A stretch of 64,000 bases of DNA from Escherichia coli (lineage in GTDB: Bacteria > Pseudomonadota > Gammaproteobacteria > Enterobacterales > Enterobacteriaceae), in NCBI RefSeq assembly GCF_041248615.1, contig NZ_CP158425.1. One strand, written 5' to 3'. The notes under the pieces were generated by a model. It worked only from the letters and a program-made list of their open reading frames with translations, did no database searches and had not been told where the DNA came from. Shown here in pieces: positions 57,901-64,000 of this stretch. The translations under genes and the position numbers were made by a program. Each line of letters opens with the position of its first letter. Position 1 is the first letter of the stretch.

Positions 57901-57914
57901 CCTAATAGGTTCAG
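57901..57914 (-). promoter_or_regulatory. Conserved promoter-like motif, variant (CTGAACCTATTAGG)
   Basis: About 54 nt upstream of the ATG at 57847. Confidence 0.4.
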
Positions 57915-57978
57915 TGACACGAAAAAGTTTTTTATGTCTCTGAATAAAACTTAAAGATGTCAACTCATAGAAAGAAGC

Positions 57979-58005
57979 AAAAAAAAAGCCCCGCATAAAC
58001 GGGGC
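57979..58005 (-). terminator. Rho-independent terminator of the ParB-like paralog 2 gene
   Basis: GCCCC (57988-57992) pairs with GGGGC (58001-58005). Nine U follow on the minus strand (A-run 57979-57987). Confidence 0.65.
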
Positions 58006-58094
58006 AAGAACGATACATGGAGGTTTAAAAAAGGCGGGCAAAAAGCCTGAATCCTTAATGACTCTGACAAAACCAGCACTTTGCCAAAAGTAAA

Positions 58095-59258
58095 TTATTC
58101 TGCGTCCGGCTGTGGGTCAGTATCCTGATCGGTCTCTTCCCCTGCCTTCTTAGCATTTTTTTTACGTGGGTATTTTGGCTTCTCACCATTAAGTTTTGCC
58201 TGACGATTCTCCGCACGGCGAAGCTGCTTGTTCTCTGATTCTGTGATCTCTTTTGAAAGATTTCTCAACATCTCCAGAGTACTGCGGTTCAACGTAATGT
58301 TGATTTCTTCGTCAGCACTTGAATCTGTCAGCTCCGGCAATTCAATATCCCCCAGTTTCTGTAATAAGCTGGTGGTGATGAGTTTGACGCCTTCTACGGC
58401 TTTTGTGGCAATAACCGGCGGAATCCGTGCTGGCTTGAAGTCTGAAGGTCTGACTCGTACCTGACCATGTTGGGTTTTTTTCACCGTGATGCCATTCGCA
58501 TCGGCCTGCTCAAGTTCTGCGATCATCTTCTTGATACGTGAAATTGCTTCTGTTTCGCCGAGCTCATCGATCAGTGAAAGCACGTTAACATACGAAATAG
58601 CGTCAGCATGAATCCATTTCTTGATAACAACAGAACAGGTTGTCAGGCGGATAAGAGAACTGATGGTCGTCGGGCTTTTATTTTCACGTTGAGCAATTCG
58701 TTCGAGTGACCAGCCAGCAAGAGAATGTAGGCGACGATAGGACTCGCCAAGCGCAACAGGAGAAAGCGCAAGACCACGGTTACCATCAATGGTCGCGAGC
58801 TCACAGCCAATTTCATCTTCTTTAATCTCAACGCAAAGGATTGTGATGTCATGATCTTCATCACATGCCATCATTGCGGCTTTTAAACGGCAGTGCCCCT
58901 GGCGAACAAAAGGTACCCCATCAATGACACGTACTCGGATAGGGTCTACATAGTCACCTCGAATGTAGGCATTCTTGATGTTGTAGATGTGTTCTTCAAC
59001 CTCAGGGAGCTTATAGTAATCGTCACCCATTCCCATTTCGCGGGAGTTGAAGCCTGGCGTGACCTGAATTACTGAAGGGTGGATAGCCCATGCTTTCTGG
59101 TCACTTACTTCAGTACAAAGTTCAGGGTTTGCATCACGGAACTGTTTAAGCCCAGTGACGTAACGGCCTGTGCCAGTAACTACTGAAAAGGCAACATGGG
59201 CCGTTTTAAAGACCTTGTCATTAGCTTGCTGTGTAGGTTCTGTCAGTAAAACACTCAT
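58095..59258 (-). CDS. ParB N-terminal domain (ParB/KorB-like) protein, paralog 2
   Basis: PGFNSREMGMGDDYY and FVRQGHCRLKAAMMA are collinear with paralog 1 (EGFNTRTAGMGELYY, VLRQGACRIRSIAIA). ACGGAG RBS. Confidence 0.6.
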   Translation of the reverse strand: MSVLLTEPTQQANDKVFKTAHVAFSVVTGTGRYVTGLKQFRDANPELCTEVSDQKAWAIHPSVIQVTPGFNSREMGMGDDYYKLPEVEEHIYNIKNAYIRGDYVDPIRVRVIDGVPFVRQGHCRLKAAMMACDEDHDITILCVEIKEDEIGCELATIDGNRGLALSPVALGESYRRLHSLAGWSLERIAQRENKSPTTISSLIRLTTCSVVIKKWIHADAISYVNVLSLIDELGETEAISRIKKMIAELEQADANGITVKKTQHGQVRVRPSDFKPARIPPVIATKAVEGVKLITTSLLQKLGDIELPELTDSSADEEINITLNRSTLEMLRNLSKEITESENKQLRRAENRQAKLNGEKPKYPRKKNAKKAGEETDQDTDPQPDAE

Positions 59259-59534
59259 AGGGGCTCCGTTACATTTTTCTGCTTACTTTCTGCGTAGCGG
59301 GGATACTACCGAAAAAAAAATTCATAATTTTTCGCAAAAAAGGTACTTTTTGAGCCTATTCTGATTTTTTACAAAAAAAGGTGGCTCCCCATTACTTGTG
59401 ATGGCATAAAAATCGCTTCATAAACAAATACATAAATCCAAAACATAAAGTTCAGGTATAAGTGAGGAAAAATCTTATAAATCCGAAATGCTGAAAGTCA
59501 AAACTGTGCGTCTTAAACAACTTTTTTTTGCTCC

Positions 59535-59547
59535 CTAAGTTATTAGT
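59535..59547 (+). promoter_or_regulatory. Conserved promoter-like motif, variant (CTAAGTTATTAGT), rightward copy
   Basis: About 80 nt upstream of the dam-like ATG. Confidence 0.35.
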
Positions 59548-59627
59548 TAAAGCCCGTGGTTAGGTACGATACCAGCACCTAAATTTCTCTCTCAGGTATA
59601 GACACTTTGACTCGACATCTCAGACAC

Positions 59628-60440
59628 ATGCCGATAATCAAATGGGCTGGTGGAAAAACGAAACTGATGCCTTTCATCAGCCATCACTACCCACACGATC
59701 ATAGTTGCCGGTGGGTAGAACCCTTTATAGGCGGTGGTGCCGTTTTTCTGAACATGTTTGCACAAAATGCATTGCTTGCAGATAGCAATCCAGACTTGAT
59801 CAACCTATACAGGACTATTCAAAGACAGAAAACTAACTTTATAAATCAGGTCCAAAACTTGGCGGATAAAACCTTTGTCGAAAAGGACTACTATGAGATG
59901 AGGGACCGTTTCAACAAAACCTGTATTTCTGGTCAATCGCTTCAAAGAGCGGCTTTGTTTTACTCCCTGAATCGCCTGGGCTATAACGGTATGTGCCGCT
60001 ATAACTCAGAAAGAATCTATTCAGTGCCGTGGGGGAAACATACAGAACTGAAGCTTGACCTCAATAAAATAGACTACCTTTCATTTCGTCTTTCAGGTAT
60101 TGAACTGATCACCGCTGGTTTTGAGGAGACTCTGGCCGCAACCGGTGAAGGAGATCAGATTTACTGTGATCCGCCATATGACAAAACAAGCAAAACTAGT
60201 TTTGTCAGTTACGATGGTAAACCGTTCAGCCAAAGCGACCACGTGCTGTTAGCAAATATGCTCGTTGACGCTCACAGAAAAGGCGCTGCTGTTGCGATAT
60301 CAAATAGCCTGACATCATTCACTTTGGGCCTCTATGAAGAGCGTGGATTCGTCATACACAGACTCAGCGCTTACCGATCCGTAGGAAGTAAGCCGAATAC
60401 ACGGAAAACGGAAACAGAAATACTGGCCGTGCTGAAATAG
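59628..60440 (+). CDS. dam: Dam-family (D12 class) DNA adenine methyltransferase
   Basis: IKWAGGKTKL...VEPFIGGGAVFLN...YNGMCRYN...IYCDPPY is collinear with E. coli Dam (LKWAGGK...VEPFVGAGSVFLN...YNGLCRYN...VYCDPPY). The track ORF starts at TTG 59607; the ATG is at 59628. Confidence 0.85.
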   Translation: MPIIKWAGGKTKLMPFISHHYPHDHSCRWVEPFIGGGAVFLNMFAQNALLADSNPDLINLYRTIQRQKTNFINQVQNLADKTFVEKDYYEMRDRFNKTCISGQSLQRAALFYSLNRLGYNGMCRYNSERIYSVPWGKHTELKLDLNKIDYLSFRLSGIELITAGFEETLAATGEGDQIYCDPPYDKTSKTSFVSYDGKPFSQSDHVLLANMLVDAHRKGAAVAISNSLTSFTLGLYEERGFVIHRLSAYRSVGSKPNTRKTETEILAVLK

Positions 60441-60448
60441 AGTAAATT

Positions 60449-61306
60449 CTAATCAACTAGGCTAATCCATTCCTCAAAAGTTAATACCTCAGGGTAAGTT
60501 CGTTGAACATAAGGTATAAACTGAAGCTCTTCTATTCTCCGGTCGCCCCTCTTTCCTTCGCAAATAAATGAAATGAGTCCTTGCTGAGAAAGGCCAGTAA
60601 GGACGCTCATAAGTCTTATATTTAGACTTTTAAGCTGTAAGTCGTTATTAATGTCCTCCACTTTATGAGAGCTCTGGCCTGAACGTTTAAGATACTCGTA
60701 AACCATGAAATTCGAATTTCGTCGTTTTAACAATTTTTCGGTTATGCATTCCTGAATGAAGTCGCCAAGAGCATCTAAAAGCGGACTGAGAACTACCGGG
60801 AAAGTTAATGTGTAACTTTGAGAAGTTTTAGACAAAGTGAATGAGTTTAGAAAGCTAAAGTTTAGTCTCTTTTTTGAATATGGAACATAAGCGACAAGAG
60901 TAGTCGACATAACAGTAAGTAAAGCTTCAAGATGGTTCACTGTTATTAAAGTGGTTTTATCTGTATTTCTAAGATTATGGAAATCAATAAACGCTACTCT
61001 TGAACGGCTAAGCCAATCTTGTACTTTAATGTCGATAGAAAATTGCGAGATATGATTTGAACATTCATTTTGGGTGATAGGGCATGCAGACGAAAGATGG
61101 TTATGGATTATCATGCATAGCACAAAAAAAGGAAAACGGCAGGCTGTGGGGCATTGAAAACCGGTTAAAGAAAGCTTAGACGTTTCATATGCGCTTACCG
61201 GAAAAGTAACTTTTCTTAACGTTGGCTTTGACGATGTTCTTGCATTTTTACAAATGAAACCGAGACCCAGATCATTGTGCATTTTAAAGTCCATCTCCAT
61301 CATCAC
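60449..61306 (-). CDS. Hypothetical protein
   Basis: AAGGTG lies upstream of a cluster of ATGs at 61297-61306; 285 aa; AT-rich. Contains operator palindrome copy 61201-61215. Confidence 0.45.
   Translation of the reverse strand: MMMEMDFKMHNDLGLGFICKNARTSSKPTLRKVTFPVSAYETSKLSLTGFQCPTACRFPFFVLCMIIHNHLSSACPITQNECSNHISQFSIDIKVQDWLSRSRVAFIDFHNLRNTDKTTLITVNHLEALLTVMSTTLVAYVPYSKKRLNFSFLNSFTLSKTSQSYTLTFPVVLSPLLDALGDFIQECITEKLLKRRNSNFMVYEYLKRSGQSSHKVEDINNDLQLKSLNIRLMSVLTGLSQQGLISFICEGKRGDRRIEELQFIPYVQRTYPEVLTFEEWISLVD
61201..61215. promoter_or_regulatory. Palindromic operator-like site, copy 13 (inside ORF 60449-61306)
   Basis: GAAAAGTAACTTTTC, a perfect palindrome. Confidence 0.45.
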
Positions 61307-61537
61307 CTTTTAGCCTTAACTGTATGGTATTGGTATACAAAAAATTAAAATTATAATTAATAAGATTATCATTTTTTTACAATAGAAAAGGTTCTGATAG
61401 AGGGGAATTTAAATGTAAAAGATTTATACTCGCAGATCTTTATGAGGGATAAAACCCATTGCGTAAGCAACAATATTACGTGAGTGAGTCCTAACGACAG
61501 TTAAAGTCTTGGCTCTATATTTAAGCAGCAAAAACAT

Positions 61538-62254
61538 TTAACTGTCTTGGAGTTTATTTAACTTAAAAACTGTTATTGCAGCATAATTTTTCGAATCAAA
61601 TTCATAGAATTTTCTGACTTTTCCAGTCAAATGATAACGTTCACCCAATAAAATGTGATCCTGTTTATCGGCCGTTAAAGCGATCCCGTCATTTCTAACT
61701 TTACCAGTAAATGTAAAAAAATAACTCCCTTTACTTTTTGCGTACGCGGCCCTGACTTCAGTAAATGTTAGTTCAATGCTTATGACCTGGCCGATATTGT
61801 AGCTATGTTTTAAAATTTCTTGTTCATTTTCCGGAGTTTCAGACAACATCACATCAAAAGTTGTAAAGAAACAATCCAGCTGGCGTTCTGTCAAGAAACG
61901 GTTATTGTCTAATTGCGCCAATATACTATTAGAAAACTTAGTGTTAGCCTTTTTTGCTTTCTCAATAAGGACGTGGTTTCTGGATTTCCATGCTTCGAGT
62001 GTTGGGTTAACACGCAGTTCCGGAATGTTATCGAGAAAGGTAATTGGCTCTAGTGCCACTAATTTTTCAATAATGGGTCCAACTGTTTGTACCCCATGAC
62101 ACTTTTCACATAAATCAGCCCCTTTGTGGCCTGTGCCCGCACATTCGTTACATTCTCTTTCGATAGGTGCATAATAATTTCCATCTCCGTTAAGTGATAC
62201 ATTCACTGAGGCTGGTACCATATGACCATCAAGAGTAAAGAAAAGAGATTTCAT
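61538..62254 (-). CDS. Zinc-ribbon (CxxCxGxG) protein
   Basis: CNECAGTGHKGADLCEKCHG motif. Overlaps the upstream gene by 4 nt. Confidence 0.5.
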   Translation of the reverse strand: MKSLFFTLDGHMVPASVNVSLNGDGNYYAPIERECNECAGTGHKGADLCEKCHGVQTVGPIIEKLVALEPITFLDNIPELRVNPTLEAWKSRNHVLIEKAKKANTKFSNSILAQLDNNRFLTERQLDCFFTTFDVMLSETPENEQEILKHSYNIGQVISIELTFTEVRAAYAKSKGSYFFTFTGKVRNDGIALTADKQDHILLGERYHLTGKVRKFYEFDSKNYAAITVFKLNKLQDS

Positions 62255-62451
62255 TTTCGAAACACCTCCAAACGTGCCTCTACGATTGCTACAGCTTCTT
62301 TCACAGTTTTTTCATAGTGGTCATGCCCTTCAGGAAATTGATCAAAACGTTTACCGTGTTCTAACTCTTCCATGTTGCGTTTAAGGACTTCATGAGTTAG
62401 AAGCAAATCACTATAATTATCGATAAGAGTCAGCTTTATAGGTTTAATCAC
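62251..62451 (-). CDS. Small hypothetical protein
   Basis: GTG start with GAGGA 8 nt upstream; 66 aa. Confidence 0.45.
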   Translation of the reverse strand: MIKPIKLTLIDNYSDLLLTHEVLKRNMEELEHGKRFDQFPEGHDHYEKTVKEAVAIVEARLEVFRK

Positions 62452-62468
62452 TCAACTAATCCTCGTTT

Positions 62469-63524
62469 TTAATATTCCTTAAGGAGATCTCGAATTTCCA
62501 GAAGCTCTTCTAATTTTGGTTTAGAAACAATGATTGCTGTATTTTCGTCGTTAAGTAAAGACAATAAAATATTTAGCTTTTCATCATTCAAGATTATTTG
62601 AACACCATCATTGGAAAATATTACATTATTACTATTAACATTTTTGAACAAGTGTGCACTATCTCTACCAAATTTTAGTTCTGTTTGAGTATTCGTTATA
62701 GATTCCGTATGTGTACTTTCCACAAGCTCAAGAAATTCAGATTTTAGCCGTTCTGTTTTCTTATGCGAGAGGCGCTTAATACCCAAAGTCTTACGAGTGA
62801 CTGCCGAATTTTTCTTTTCTGGTCCGCCTTTATTTAAGGTGTCTGGTCCTGCTCCAGCTGCATTGTGTTCAGGTATGCCTACAATTTTGCTCGTTGTAGT
62901 CTCAATATTCTTAACGCCAGGTAAGAAACCTTCTATATGTTTTAAAACCATTTTGTGATCGTTGGAATATTTTAACATTATTTCAATGGCGAGCGTTTTT
63001 TTGATTAGATTTAGGCTAATCAAACGTTGAAGCTCTAATGGCATATCAAGGATTTTTAGCATATTACGAATTGCGGTAGTTGATCGTTGATATCGCATTG
63101 CTAGTTCTTCAACCGAATACCCGAGACTAACAGCATGAGCTAATGCATGAGCTTGCCCAACCGGATTTAGCCCATTGCTTCTGTTACCATCGAGGTTCTC
63201 AAGGTATTCTTCAATTTCGTTTTTATAATCGATTAGGATAACAGATAATTTTGGAATATTAGCACCTTCAGAAATTGCTAATTTTAAGCCATGAAAACGA
63301 GTATGACCTTGACGAACTAAATATTTACCTTTTCTTTTTACGACCTTGATCATATCAACCTGCCTTCCTTCCTTAAAGGCTTGTTTGATTGACACAATCA
63401 TCGACTTGACAGGTTCTTGTTCGTAACACAAATCTCCGATTACCGCCTCTCGGGGATTAAATCCCTTTTCAATTTCAACTAGATTAGTATCCACTTCAAT
63501 GACTGTATGTTTGCTGTTGTTCAT
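62469..63524 (-). CDS. ParB N-terminal domain (ParB/KorB-like) protein, paralog 3
   Basis: KGFNPREAVIGDLCY and LVRQGHTRFHGLKLA motifs. GGAGG RBS. AT-rich codon usage compared with paralogs 1 and 2. Confidence 0.6.
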   Translation of the reverse strand: MNNSKHTVIEVDTNLVEIEKGFNPREAVIGDLCYEQEPVKSMIVSIKQAFKEGRQVDMIKVVKRKGKYLVRQGHTRFHGLKLAISEGANIPKLSVILIDYKNEIEEYLENLDGNRSNGLNPVGQAHALAHAVSLGYSVEELAMRYQRSTTAIRNMLKILDMPLELQRLISLNLIKKTLAIEIMLKYSNDHKMVLKHIEGFLPGVKNIETTTSKIVGIPEHNAAGAGPDTLNKGGPEKKNSAVTRKTLGIKRLSHKKTERLKSEFLELVESTHTESITNTQTELKFGRDSAHLFKNVNSNNVIFSNDGVQIILNDEKLNILLSLLNDENTAIIVSKPKLEELLEIRDLLKEY

Positions 63525-63752
63525 ATCTTCCTCCTGTTTACTACATGATACATGAACCTCAAATTTGCCAAATAGGGCTGATACATCTAAAAGGTAAACT
63601 CAAAAAATTTGCTTAATAAAATTAAAATAAAAACTGTCTTGAATAAAACAATGATAGTAGACCCTCGTTCATTTCCGTTTGCGATCTGTAGATATTGTTA
63701 AAGGAGCGCTATTCCTTGTTTTATATGGACTTATCATTGTTTTCAACAGGAT

Positions 63753-63802
63753 AGATCAATTCTTTAGATCACTAAAGATCAATAGAGTTCAAGTAAAGAT
63801 CA
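63753..63802. repeat. Four AGATCA motifs phased at 11-12 and 21 bp
   Basis: AGATCA at 63753, 63765, 63776 and 63797. Confidence 0.5.
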
Positions 63803-63848
63803 CGGCATCTTTAACTCATTGATTATAGTGACTTTATGAAAGGATCCG

Positions 63849-63945
63849 GCATTCGGATGCATGCGAAAAGCATTTGAATGAATAAGGAAGGCATTTACTG
63901 GAATGCTTATGGCATTTAGGTTAATGCGTAAAAAGCATTTGCAAG
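63849..63945. repeat. Five direct GCATT(T/C) repeats at 21-23-bp spacing (cut by the window edge?)
   Basis: GCATTC at 63849; GCATTT at 63870, 63891, 63912 and 63935. Each is followed by a (G)AATG-like submotif. Confidence 0.55.
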
Positions 63946-64000
63946 AATATGTTATAAACAGTTTGCCAAATGAAAATCTTATCACCGACGAGTTAAGTTA

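Noticed and set aside
63800-63985. 61-aa minus-strand ORF at the right edge
   Set aside because: It reads through the phased GCATTT repeat cluster, which explains the repetitive NAF/NAI peptide. It is probably not coding.

Overview
This 64-kb window looks like part of a large enterobacterial conjugative plasmid, or a plasmid/ICE-like hybrid. All calls come from reading the sequence and ORF track by eye; no database or HMM search was run.

Layout:
- Left edge (1-4.3 kb): the 3' end of a type IV coupling protein gene, then four co-directional genes (unknown, membrane protein, S49/SppA-like peptidase, NERD-domain protein).
- 4.5-43 kb: mostly leftward, short genes of unknown function arranged as many mini-operons. 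Recognisable functions among them are three divergent ParB-N-domain proteins, hok/sok, a HigB-like toxin, an HNH endonuclease and a 794-aa DndC/PAPS-reductase-like PP-loop protein. There are also five methyltransferases: an SPPY beta-class enzyme, two NPPF enzymes (one interrupted by an IS), a Dam-like enzyme and a small SAM-MTase fold.
- 46.2-50.3 kb: a P1/RepFIB-type replicon. repA has two sets of five 21-bp-spaced iterons with GATC clusters upstream. Downstream lies an unusual 1.8-kb array of inverted iteron pairs phased at 81 bp.
- Three paralogous ~810-aa signal-peptide proteins lie around the replicon.
- Two 1310-bp IS629/IS1203-type (IS3 family) copies, each with its own target duplication, interrupt a DUF3085-like gene and an NPPF methyltransferase gene.

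Two cis-element families recur through the accessory region: a 15-bp palindrome GAAAAGTWACTTTTC (at least 14 copies) and a promoter-like motif CTCAGGTTATTAGC (at least 11 copies). I saw no rRNA, tRNA, CRISPR array or integrase.
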